Origin: Desulfurivibrionaceae bacterium
Lineage (GTDB): Bacteria; Desulfobacterota; Desulfobulbia; Desulfobulbales; SURF-16
Direction: 5' to 3'
DNA length: 64,000 bases
Assembly: GCA_046537975.1 (NCBI GenBank)
Contig: JBKHJR010000001.1
Location: 64,688 to 128,687 of the forward strand
Made by a program: the position numbers and the translations under genes. Within the stretch, counting starts at the first letter, position 1. Each line of letters opens with the position of its first letter. The notes beneath the pieces are model-generated. The model saw only the letters and a list, made by a program, of their open reading frames with translations, did not search any database and was not told where the DNA came from. Below are positions 1 to 8,822 of the stretch, piece after piece.

Positions 1-1
1 G

Positions 2-658
2 CCTCTTCTTCTTTACCTCTCCAGCCGGACCATAGCCCCTGTCAGCGACCATTCTTTGAAAGGGGGGACTGAGAATGCCGTTAATTACGGCCGGAGGGAG
101 GTTTTGAGGGACCCGGGTTTTTATATGGTCCTGCCTGCTGCGGTAGCTGCTCCCTTTGTGGTTACTGCTATCCTCTTTCATCAGGTGGCTATCGCCCGTA
201 TTCATGACTGGCCCCTGCCTTTGGTGGGCTCTGCTTTCAGCGGCTATGCCGCCGGTCATCTGGCAGCTCTGACCGTGGCCGGTCTTTTGGTGGACCGGCT
301 TGGAGCCAGGCGGTCTCTGGCTCTGGCACTTTTACCCATGATCGCAGGTCTGATTTTGTTGGGTGTCAGCCGGGGAGACTGGCTGGCTTTTGCCTATCTG
401 GGTCTGGTCGGGATTACCCAGGGATTTGCCGGTACCGCTGCCGGAGCGGTTTGGGCAGAGCGTTACGGGGTCCTGCATTTGGGAGCTATCCGGGCCATGG
501 TCCAGGCCATTATGGTGGTTTCCACCGCCATTGCACCGGTGGTGCTGGGTTTTCTTCTGGATCAGGCTTTGAGTCTGACTGTGCTGAGCGCTCTGCTTGC
601 TGTAGGGACTCTGTTCAGTTCAGGCCTGGCCTGGTGCGCCGGGGAAGTTAAGGGATGA
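2..658 (+). CDS. MFS-type transporter, C-terminal half (5' end lies outside the window)
   Basis: The frame is open from nt 2, with no stop before the listed TTG at 56. About six hydrophobic helices and MFS-like loops (LVDRLGARRS). Confidence 0.65.
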   Translation, partial: PLLLYLSSRTIAPVSDHSLKGGTENAVNYGRREVLRDPGFYMVLPAAVAAPFVVTAILFHQVAIARIHDWPLPLVGSAFSGYAAGHLAALTVAGLLVDRLGARRSLALALLPMIAGLILLGVSRGDWLAFAYLGLVGITQGFAGTAAGAVWAERYGVLHLGAIRAMVQAIMVVSTAIAPVVLGFLLDQALSLTVLSALLAVGTLFSSGLAWCAGEVKG

Positions 659-709
659 TTTTGCGATTATCTTACCATCAGGTATCGGTAAGCACGGTCA
701 AAGGAAATC

Positions 710-3046
710 ATGGTTGAACTGCCTATAGATGAGCTGCAATCTGAATTCACCTCCGCCCTGGCCCGGAAGCCGGTGGTGGTGGAGGCTCCGCCGGGAAGCG
801 GCAAGTCCACCAGGCTGCCGGTCTGGTGTGCGGAAAGCGGCCGGGTACTGGTGGTGGAGCCCCGGCGCCTGGCCTGCCGTTCCCTGGCCAGGTTCGTGGC
901 CCGGACCCTGGAGGTCCGGCCGGGGGGAGAAGTGGGTTATGCCGTTCGTTTTGAAGGGGAATACACTTCTGCGAGTCGGATTGTCTTTGTCACTCCGGGC
1001 ATTGCCCTGCGCTGGTACGCCGCTGACAGGTTCAGCGGCTTTGATACCGTGATTCTGGACGAGTTCCATGAGAGACGCTGGGACACCGATCTTCTGGCTG
1101 CTTTGCTGCGCACGGGGAACAGGCGGCTGGTCCTTACCTCCGCCACTGTGGAAGGCCGGCGCCTGGCCGATTATCTGGGAGGATACCGCCTGCAGGCAGA
1201 GGGCAAGCTCTTTGAGGTGGACCTGCACTACAGTGGTTCTCCTACTCTGCCCGGAAGCAGGGATCTGGACAAGCGGGTGGCTGAGACCGTAGTCCGGGCC
1301 CTGGAATACAGCCAGGGAGGGGATGTTTTGGTCTTTCTGCCCGGGAAAGGGGAGATTCAGGCGGCCCGGTCCAGACTGGAGAAGAAGTGTCCCCGAGTGG
1401 AGGTCATTCCCCTGCATGCCTCGGTGGATGCCTCCTCTCAGGACAGGGCCCTGGAGATTTCGGAACATTCCCGGGTCATCCTGGCCACCAACGTGGCTGA
1501 GACTTCCCTTACCCTGCCTGGGGTCAGGGTGGTGGTGGACAGTGGCCTGGAACGGAGGACTCATTACCGGGGGGGCCGCACCGTCCTGGCCCTCTCTGTA
1601 ATCTCTCAGGCGGCTGCGGATCAGCGTACCGGGCGGGCCGGCCGACTGGGGCCGGGAGGCTGCTTTCGGCTCTGGAGCAAAGCGGCCCGGCTTCAATCCT
1701 ATACCCCTCCGGAGGTGGTTCGGGAAGACCCGGCCGAGTTCATCCTGGCTGCAGCGGCCTGCGGCGTCAAAATCCGGGAGCTGGAATACCCCGACCCTAT
1801 TCCCGGACCTGCCCTGGACAAGGCCCTGGCCAGGCTCCAGTCCATGGGGGCGGTAGACAGGGAAGGTGTAATTACCGAGCACGGCCGCAGGCTCTTCCCC
1901 CTCCCCCTTGATTCCCAGCTTGCCCATTTGATTGCGGCCTTCAAGGATGAAAAAGTCCGGGCTGACATGGTTGATCTGGCTGCAGCCCTGAACGCCCAGG
2001 GGTCTCTCCTGGCCCGCAACCAGTCCGAGGAAGGCTGGACTGACCTGGAAGAGTTCGCCCCGGAGGCTTGCGACGCCTGTACCCTGGTCCGGCTGGTCCG
2101 GGGAAGACCTCCGGCTTCGCTCCGTTTGAATCAGGCGGCCTTGAGTGAATCCCGGCGCACCGCCGAGCAGATAAGACAGGCCCTGGGGCTGGCTCCTCCG
2201 GAGAGATCAAGGCCTCCGGCCCGGGACCGGCTGGTTGGCGGCATTATTGAGGCAGTCCCGGATCTGGCCTTTGTCAGGAGACTTAAGCGCAGCTGGGCCC
2301 TGGGTAACGGCAGTGAGGAGGTGGAGATCGGCAAGGGGACCAGGATGCCGGGAAAGGCCCAGGCTGCAGTTGTCCTGGACCGGCACAGTATACCGGGCAA
2401 GGGCACGACCAGGACCTTGACCATCGCCACCTGTCTGGCTCCGGCCGGCCTCCAGGAGCTGGCCCGGGCCGGTCTGGGAGACGTGTCCTGCCGCGAGCCC
2501 AGGCTGGAGAATAACCGGATATCAATTACCGCCGAACGCATCTACGCCGGCCGGATTATCGACTCCTGGACTGAGTATCCCGAAGGGGATCGACTGCGCC
2601 GGGCAGTGGCCGAGCTCATCAGTGGCGGCCGTCTCTGGCCCGAAGCAGGGAAACGGCTCCAGGAGGAGATTGGGGCCTGGAACCTTTATGTGAAGCTGGG
2701 ATACGGCGAGGGCGAAGAGGTTAACCTGCAGGACTGGCTGAGGAACAGGCTTGCGGATATCGGCCTGGAGACCGGGCAGGACCTTGAGGCCCTGGAGGCG
2801 GGCGACCTCGAGTTTGAAGGAATCCCGGAGTGGGAGCGGCCCAAATTCGACCGGCAGTATCCCAGGAATCTAAGTCTGGGTGATATGAAACTCAAGGTGG
2901 AATATGAACCGGGTCGCAGGCGTATTACCCTGGTGCGCCTCTCCGGAACCAGAAAGAATACCCCCCGGCGCTGGGAACTTCCCAATTGGGAGAGCAGCTG
3001 GGAATTGAGATACCGGGACGGCAACCGGGTGGTGCCTGTGACTTAA
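710..3046 (+). CDS. hrpB: ATP-dependent DEAH-box helicase, HrpB-like
   Basis: Walker A APPGSGKST and motif II DEFHERR. TSAT and QRTGRAGR helicase motifs. The 778-aa length fits HrpB. Confidence 0.85.
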   Translation: MVELPIDELQSEFTSALARKPVVVEAPPGSGKSTRLPVWCAESGRVLVVEPRRLACRSLARFVARTLEVRPGGEVGYAVRFEGEYTSASRIVFVTPGIALRWYAADRFSGFDTVILDEFHERRWDTDLLAALLRTGNRRLVLTSATVEGRRLADYLGGYRLQAEGKLFEVDLHYSGSPTLPGSRDLDKRVAETVVRALEYSQGGDVLVFLPGKGEIQAARSRLEKKCPRVEVIPLHASVDASSQDRALEISEHSRVILATNVAETSLTLPGVRVVVDSGLERRTHYRGGRTVLALSVISQAAADQRTGRAGRLGPGGCFRLWSKAARLQSYTPPEVVREDPAEFILAAAACGVKIRELEYPDPIPGPALDKALARLQSMGAVDREGVITEHGRRLFPLPLDSQLAHLIAAFKDEKVRADMVDLAAALNAQGSLLARNQSEEGWTDLEEFAPEACDACTLVRLVRGRPPASLRLNQAALSESRRTAEQIRQALGLAPPERSRPPARDRLVGGIIEAVPDLAFVRRLKRSWALGNGSEEVEIGKGTRMPGKAQAAVVLDRHSIPGKGTTRTLTIATCLAPAGLQELARAGLGDVSCREPRLENNRISITAERIYAGRIIDSWTEYPEGDRLRRAVAELISGGRLWPEAGKRLQEEIGAWNLYVKLGYGEGEEVNLQDWLRNRLADIGLETGQDLEALEAGDLEFEGIPEWERPKFDRQYPRNLSLGDMKLKVEYEPGRRRITLVRLSGTRKNTPRRWELPNWESSWELRYRDGNRVVPVT

Positions 3047-3226
3047 CCGGATTCGCCGTACAATTGATACGGCGCTGATTATAATCCGTTCATACCCATA
3101 GCTTCCCCGCCCTCCCGCCTTAGCGATTATCTTTGTTATCCCTTCCGTCTTGCAAGTCTTTTTTGCCTGAGATATTGTCTTGACAGGAATGGTCTCCCTT
3201 GCCGGCACCATTGTGACAGATCCTTC

Positions 3227-3256
3227 TTGACAAATGTGTAGCATATTATGTACATT
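3227..3256 (+). promoter_or_regulatory. Candidate sigma70 promoter of the lexA-imuB-dnaE2 operon
   Basis: Perfect TTGACA at 3227-3232, an 18-nt spacer, then TACATT (4/6 match to TATAAT) at 3251-3256, about 55 nt upstream of the lexA GTG. Confidence 0.35.
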
Positions 3257-3262
3257 TGTATA
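3249..3262. promoter_or_regulatory. Candidate LexA operator (imperfect dyad TGTAC-ATTT-GTATA) overlapping the -10
   Basis: TGTACATTTGTATA has the form GTAC-N4-GTAT, resembling the GTAC-N4-GTWC / GAAC-N4-GTTC class of LexA boxes. It lies directly upstream of an autoregulated-type lexA. Confidence 0.3.
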
Positions 3263-3309
3263 TATCTTGGATAAGATAAATATCAGCAAAATAATTGGGA
3301 GGGCAGGTC

Positions 3310-3954
3310 GTGACATCTTCATATAAAACTTTGACTGCCAAACAGCAGCGTTTCCTGGATTACCTGAATGACGAGATCAGGAGCAGGGGGTACGCTCCCA
3401 GTCTGCGACAGGCCGCGGCCGACCTCGAGGTCAGCCACGGGGCGGTGGCTCAGCTGATCAGGGCCTTGGAAGATAAGGGATATGTTTATCGGGAGGGCCG
3501 TTACAGCCGTGACCTGCGGGTTCTGGAGGACCATAAGAGCGGGGACGGGAAAACGGCTGAGGACAGCCGCCTGCGGGAGGTGGCTGTTATCGGCCGGATC
3601 ACTGCCGGCATGCCCATCTATGCCCAGCAGGAGTGGGACGGTACCGTGCTGGTGGACGGCCGGATTTTCCGGGGCGCCAATCTCTTTGCTCTGCGGGTCA
3701 AGGGGGATTCCATGCGGGATGCCGGGATCTTTTCCGGGGATCTGGCGATCTGCGAGCCCAGGCAGTTCGCCCGGAACGGGGAGATCGTCGTGGCTCTGAT
3801 CGAAAGTGAAGAGGCCACGGTAAAACGTTTTTTTCTCCATCAGGATAAGGTGGAACTGCGGCCGGAAAATCCCGCCTTCCCGGTGAAACAGTACGATTTC
3901 GGGGATATCCTGATTCAGGGTAAGGTTGTGGGAGTCATCCGGGATGAAGTTTAG
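3310..3954 (+). CDS. lexA: LexA repressor (S24 peptidase)
   Basis: N-terminal winged-HTH region (PSLRQAAADLEVSHGAVAQLIRALEDKGYV). Cleavage site ITAG-MP, catalytic GDSM Ser and VKR Lys. GTG at 3310 sits 6 nt after a GGGAGGG RBS. Confidence 0.9.
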   Translation: MTSSYKTLTAKQQRFLDYLNDEIRSRGYAPSLRQAAADLEVSHGAVAQLIRALEDKGYVYREGRYSRDLRVLEDHKSGDGKTAEDSRLREVAVIGRITAGMPIYAQQEWDGTVLVDGRIFRGANLFALRVKGDSMRDAGIFSGDLAICEPRQFARNGEIVVALIESEEATVKRFFLHQDKVELRPENPAFPVKQYDFGDILIQGKVVGVIRDEV

Positions 3955-3998
3955 ATCTAAGCGTTCACCAGCACCCCTTATTCTTTAAGTCCTTATAC

Positions 3999-5162
3999 AT
4001 GCAACGGACCATAATCCATATCAATATTACCAATTTTGCCGCGGCAGTAGAGCAGGTGGTGGACAGCAGTCTCCGGGAGAGGCCGGTGATCATCGCCCCG
4101 CAGGCGGCCCGGGCCGTAGTTTATGACATGAGTGAAGAGGCCTACAGGCAAGGGATCCGCAAGGGCATGTCCCTGGTCCGGGCCCGATGGCGCTGCCGGG
4201 ATGCGGTGCAGCTCATTCCGCGTCCCGGGCTTTATACCAGGGCGATGGCCGCCCTGCAGAAAGAGATGCGCCCTTATTCCCCTCTTATTGAACAGGCTGA
4301 AGGGGACGGCCATTTCTTTGTCGATGTCAGCGGCAGCACCAGGCTTCTGGGTCCTTCCGCGGATGTGGCCCGGCGCATCCGCAAACAGGTTACCGGCGGT
4401 TTAGGCCTCCGTCCCATCTGGACTGTGGCCCCCAATAAGCTGGTAGCCAAGGTGGCCAGCCGGGTGGTTAAACCGGAGGGAGAGCATATCGTTAAAGACG
4501 GTGATGAGGCCGTCTTTCTCTCTCCTCTTCCGGTCTCTATCCTGCCGGGGCTGCTGCTCCGGGAAAAGGAGCGGCTGAAAGAATTCCAGCTCCACCAGGC
4601 CGGGCAGGTGGCGGCACTCACCCTGGCCCAGCTCAGGTCTGTTTTCGGCAGCCGGGCCCCTTTCATCCAGGCCGCGGTCAGGGGAGAAGACCGGCAGCCG
4701 GTGGCAGCCGGGGAAGAGCGGTCAAATCTCAAGCAGGTTTTCTTTTTTGCCGGGGACAGCAATAACAAACAGCAGGTGGAAGCGGCCCTGGTCAGTCTGG
4801 TGGAAGATCTCGTAAGCCGGCTTCGCCGGCGGCGGCAGAGAGCCCGCCGGACCGGCCTCTGCCTGGAATACTCCGACGGGCGCCGATGCTGGCGTCAGGC
4901 CACCTGTAAAGAGCCGGTTGATGATGAAGACGATCTGCTGGCCTTGGCCCGCCTGGCCCTTGCCCGGACCTGGACCCGTCGGGTGCGGCTGCGGTCCCTG
5001 ACTCTTGTTTTTGATCTTTTGACCGGCTCCGCCAGGCAGTTCAGCCTCTTCCCCCAGCCCGGCCGGGAAAAAAGGCGGCAGCTGCAGGACGCCCTGGATC
5101 AGATCCGTGAACGGCACGGGGTGTCAGGCATCAGACGGGGCACCTCCCTGCCTGTTCTTTAA
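3999..5162 (+). CDS. imuB: ImuB-like inactive Y-family polymerase homologue
   Basis: Y-family N-terminus in which the catalytic acidic residues are replaced: IIHINITNFAAAVE, versus IIHIDMDAFFASVE in the true DinB at 42818-43912. It lies between lexA and dnaE2. Confidence 0.75.
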   Translation: MQRTIIHINITNFAAAVEQVVDSSLRERPVIIAPQAARAVVYDMSEEAYRQGIRKGMSLVRARWRCRDAVQLIPRPGLYTRAMAALQKEMRPYSPLIEQAEGDGHFFVDVSGSTRLLGPSADVARRIRKQVTGGLGLRPIWTVAPNKLVAKVASRVVKPEGEHIVKDGDEAVFLSPLPVSILPGLLLREKERLKEFQLHQAGQVAALTLAQLRSVFGSRAPFIQAAVRGEDRQPVAAGEERSNLKQVFFFAGDSNNKQQVEAALVSLVEDLVSRLRRRRQRARRTGLCLEYSDGRRCWRQATCKEPVDDEDDLLALARLALARTWTRRVRLRSLTLVFDLLTGSARQFSLFPQPGREKRRQLQDALDQIRERHGVSGIRRGTSLPVL

Positions 5163-5164
5163 TC

Positions 5165-8131
5165 ATGCTTCTCATCCGTTCCCACTATTCCCTGGGCTGG
5201 GGAGTCTGTTCGCCCTCGACCATCTGCCGGACCGCCAGAGATAAGGGGTGGGAGGCTGTTGCCATGATAGACCGCAACAACCTCTACGGTCTCTGGCCCT
5301 TCCTGGCCGCAGCCCGCCGGAACGGGCTCAGACCGATCATCGGGGCCGAACTCCTGGATAGTCATGGTCAGCAGGCCATCTGCCTGGTCAAGGACGATGC
5401 CGGTTACAGCAATCTCTGCCGCCTGCTCAGCGCCCGGCACTGCCGGGGCGGATTCAGCCTGGGTACGGCTCTGCCTCAGTATAAGCAGGGCCTTCTGGTC
5501 CTGAGCCGGGATAAGACTTTATTGGGGGCCTGGCAGGACAAGGGGGTGGAGGTGGCGGCTGATCTGGGTCGCAGTCCCGGGAGGCGGAGCCATAAACTGC
5601 GGCGCTTCGCCTTGGAGCGCGCCATCCCCCTCTGCTTTCACAGCGACAGTCTTTTTTGCAGGCCGAAAGATCACCAACTTCACCGTCTGCTGCGGGCGAT
5701 CACCACCGGCAGCAGTCTAAGCGCCCTTAAAGCCGGACAGGTAGCGGATCCGGGGGCTGTTCTTACCGGACCTGAAGAGCTTGAAAAAAAATTTGCCCTG
5801 TGCCCCGAGGCTGCCGGACATACCAAAAGGCTGACTGCTGCCTGCAGTTTTGCCGGTCCCCGGTTCGGTCTGGTCCTGCCGCCCCATCCCGGCAAAGAAA
5901 AGGCCGGAGATCTCCTGCACCGGGCCGCCTATAAAGGAGCCAGGCAGCGTTACGGCGCTGATCTCTCCGAGGCGGTAGTGGAACGCCTGGACCACGAACT
6001 GGCGGTTATCCATGCCATGGGTTTTTCCTCCTATTTTCTGGTGGTGCGGGACATTATTCATCATAAGGGGATCCGCCGCCGCATCTGCGGCCGGGGTTCC
6101 GGGGCTGCTTCCCTGGTGGCCTATGTCCTCTATATCACCAATGTCTGCCCCTTGAAGCACAACCTCTATTTTGCCCGCTTTCTCCATCCGGGCCGCCGGG
6201 ATCCGCCGGATATAGATGTGGATTTTGCCTGGGATGAACGGGATGAGGTCCTGGCTGACGTTCTGGAGCAGTTCTCCGGCCGGGCTGCTCTGGTCAGTAA
6301 TCATGTCCTCTTCCAGCCCCGGATGGCTATCCGGGAAACTGCCAGGGCCTACGGCCTTCCGGAAAGGGAGATCAGCCGTATAACCGGAAGGGTAGGGAGA
6401 CTCCGGTCTTTGGATGAGGTTGATCTTCTGGATCAGCTCCGGAGGCTTCCCGGCCTGCGGGACTGTGATTTTCCCGAGCCCTGGCCGGAGATCGTCTCCC
6501 TGGCTTCAGGTCTGGTGGGTATTCCCCGTCACCTTTCTGTCCATCCCGGCGGGGTGATTCTCACTCCGGAGCCCATCAGTGACTATGTCCCGGTGGAAAT
6601 GACCGGCAAAGGGGTGCCGGTTATTCACTGGGAAAAGGATGGGGCGGAGGAGGCTGGATTGGTAAAGATCGATCTCCTGGGCAACCGCAGCCTGGGGGTG
6701 ATCCGCGACTGTCTGGCCAATGTCCGGGCCAATAATATAAGCTTTGACTATCGTTTCTGGCAGCCGGAAGAAGATCGGCGTACCAGAATGCGAATTGCCG
6801 GAGGCGGAACCATGGGCTGTTTTTATATCGAGAGTCCTGCCATGCGACTTTTGCAGGAGAAGGCGGGGAGCGGCGATTTCGAGCAGCTGGTGCTCCAGTC
6901 TTCCATCATCCGGCCGGCAGCCAATGAGTTTATCCGCGAATATGTCCGCCGCCTGCATGGCGGAAGCTGGCGGCCCCTGCATCCTCTGGTGGGTGATGTG
7001 CTTGATGAGAGCTACGGGCTCATGGTCTATCAGGAGGATGTCTCCCGGGTAGCCGTGGCCCTGGCCGGATTTTCCGAGGCGGAGGCGGACGGCCTGCGCA
7101 AGGTGATGAGTAAAAAGGACAAGGAGAAGAGACTGGAGGATTATGAAAAAAAATTCGCCGCCGGAGCCGCAGACCGGGGAGTAAGCCGGGAGGTAACCCG
7201 GGAGATTTGGGAGATGATCATGAGTTTTTCCGGATATTCCTTCTGCAAACCCCACAGCGCCAGCTATGCCCGGGTCTCTTTTCAGGCCGCCTTTCTTAAG
7301 GAGCATTTCCCGGCCGAGTTCATGGCTGCGGTCCTCTCCAATCAGGGGGGCTACTACTCCGCTTTTGCCTACGTCTCTGAGGCCAGACGCCTGGGGTTGA
7401 AGGTCCTGCCCCCTGATGTCAATCAGAGTCGGACAGCCTGGCGGGGGCAGGCGGATAGATTAAGAACGGGTCTGATGGCGGTCAGCCGGTTGAGCCGCCA
7501 TACCCTGAAGGCTATCAGTGACAAAGTCCGGCAGCGGTCTTTTGCCGGGTTGGTGGATTTCCTGGACAGGGTAAGGCCCGGGGAGGATGAGGCCCGGGCC
7601 CTGATCCAGGCCGGGGCATTGGACAGCTTGGACCCTGAGGGCAACCGCACCGTTCTGCTCTGGAATCTGGCTCAGCATCGGAATAGACGGACAAATACAG
7701 CCCGGGGCCTTTTCAGATCCCCTCTGCCGACTCCTCCACCCCTGCCGCCTCCCGAGACCCGGGAGCGGCTGCGGCGGGAGTTCAAGGTCCTGGGATTTCT
7801 CTGTGAGCGTCATCCCATGGATCTCTACAGGGACAGGCTGGCCGGGACCGGATGCCTGGCGATCAGCAGACTGAGAGAGCATATCAACCGCAGAGTGACT
7901 GTAGCGGGCTGGTTGATATGCGGCAAGCTGCTCCGGACCAGGGAAGGGGAGGCCATGGAGTTTCTGAGCTTCGAGGATGAAAAGGCCCTGGTGGAGACTA
8001 CCTTTTTCCCCCGGGTCTACCAGCGCTATGCCCATATCCTGAGTCCCGGCCGGCCTTATCTGCTTACCGGACTGGTGGAGGAGGACTACGGGGCCGTAAC
8101 CCTGACCGTGGAGGAGATACAGCGGCTATAA
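5165..8131 (+). CDS. dnaE2: Error-prone DNA polymerase III alpha homologue DnaE2 (ImuC)
   Basis: 988 aa with a PHP domain, a Pol III alpha core (GRGSGAASLVAY, PDIDVDF, FYIESPAM) and a C-terminal OB region. Starts 3 nt after imuB. Confidence 0.9.
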   Translation: MLLIRSHYSLGWGVCSPSTICRTARDKGWEAVAMIDRNNLYGLWPFLAAARRNGLRPIIGAELLDSHGQQAICLVKDDAGYSNLCRLLSARHCRGGFSLGTALPQYKQGLLVLSRDKTLLGAWQDKGVEVAADLGRSPGRRSHKLRRFALERAIPLCFHSDSLFCRPKDHQLHRLLRAITTGSSLSALKAGQVADPGAVLTGPEELEKKFALCPEAAGHTKRLTAACSFAGPRFGLVLPPHPGKEKAGDLLHRAAYKGARQRYGADLSEAVVERLDHELAVIHAMGFSSYFLVVRDIIHHKGIRRRICGRGSGAASLVAYVLYITNVCPLKHNLYFARFLHPGRRDPPDIDVDFAWDERDEVLADVLEQFSGRAALVSNHVLFQPRMAIRETARAYGLPEREISRITGRVGRLRSLDEVDLLDQLRRLPGLRDCDFPEPWPEIVSLASGLVGIPRHLSVHPGGVILTPEPISDYVPVEMTGKGVPVIHWEKDGAEEAGLVKIDLLGNRSLGVIRDCLANVRANNISFDYRFWQPEEDRRTRMRIAGGGTMGCFYIESPAMRLLQEKAGSGDFEQLVLQSSIIRPAANEFIREYVRRLHGGSWRPLHPLVGDVLDESYGLMVYQEDVSRVAVALAGFSEAEADGLRKVMSKKDKEKRLEDYEKKFAAGAADRGVSREVTREIWEMIMSFSGYSFCKPHSASYARVSFQAAFLKEHFPAEFMAAVLSNQGGYYSAFAYVSEARRLGLKVLPPDVNQSRTAWRGQADRLRTGLMAVSRLSRHTLKAISDKVRQRSFAGLVDFLDRVRPGEDEARALIQAGALDSLDPEGNRTVLLWNLAQHRNRRTNTARGLFRSPLPTPPPLPPPETRERLRREFKVLGFLCERHPMDLYRDRLAGTGCLAISRLREHINRRVTVAGWLICGKLLRTREGEAMEFLSFEDEKALVETTFFPRVYQRYAHILSPGRPYLLTGLVEEDYGAVTLTVEEIQRL

Positions 8132-8238
8132 TACACTATTGCCGGGTCCCGCCATCTTGCCCTGAAACACTGGAGATCGTTCCGGCCGTTTCTGAACCGC
8201 AGGCCTCGAGATTGCCGGTTTTTAATGGCCGGATCTTG

Positions 8239-8547
8239 TCAGGTGGCATTCACCTCCAGAATCTTGGCATATTCGATGTATAGGTTTTTAAGTTTTTTCC
8301 GTAAGTCACGAATGCGCTCTGAATCTTCTTTTGAAGCAAAACGGGGTTCGCTTATGGAATAGATATACTTATGAAGTTCGTCAATAATCTGCTCGGTGGA
8401 CCGGCGCCAGTCCTTGGTGCAGGACACTCTCAACGCTTTCACTTCCTCCATGTCCTCTTCCAGTATCTTAAGGGACTTTTCCAGGTTATCCATGAAATTG
8501 CGGTGAGCAGTAAGCATGGATTTTTCCATATCTACTTGTCTTTGCAT
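8239..8547 (-). CDS. Hypothetical small helical protein
   Basis: 102-aa ORF in a locally AT-rich stretch with a charged helical sequence. No family recognised. Confidence 0.4.
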   Translation of the reverse strand: MQRQVDMEKSMLTAHRNFMDNLEKSLKILEEDMEEVKALRVSCTKDWRRSTEQIIDELHKYIYSISEPRFASKEDSERIRDLRKKLKNLYIEYAKILEVNAT

Positions 8548-8822
8548 TTTTTACTCCTCTCTTCATTGGATTTGTTAGAGATAAAAGTAAACTTATCCTT
8601 TATTATCAGCTTATAATTTCCTTCCGTGCTTAGTCAAATAATTTTCCTATCCTTCGGACCTCCATTTTCTGAGGTCATGCCGGCGAATAGCTGAAACCGG
8701 CCATACTTCTTTCCCGTGGAGTTTTTCTCTGTGCTTTGATATGATAGGTGACGTAGGAAAGTGCCGGGTAAGTACTTCTACCCGGCAATGACCACCGTAT
8801 CTGATTAACCGGAGATTGTAGT

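Noticed and set aside
698-1927. 409-aa ORF on the minus strand
   Set aside because: It is entirely antisense to the well-supported HrpB helicase gene. The composition is Pro/Gly/Arg-rich, typical of shadow ORFs in GC-rich coding DNA.
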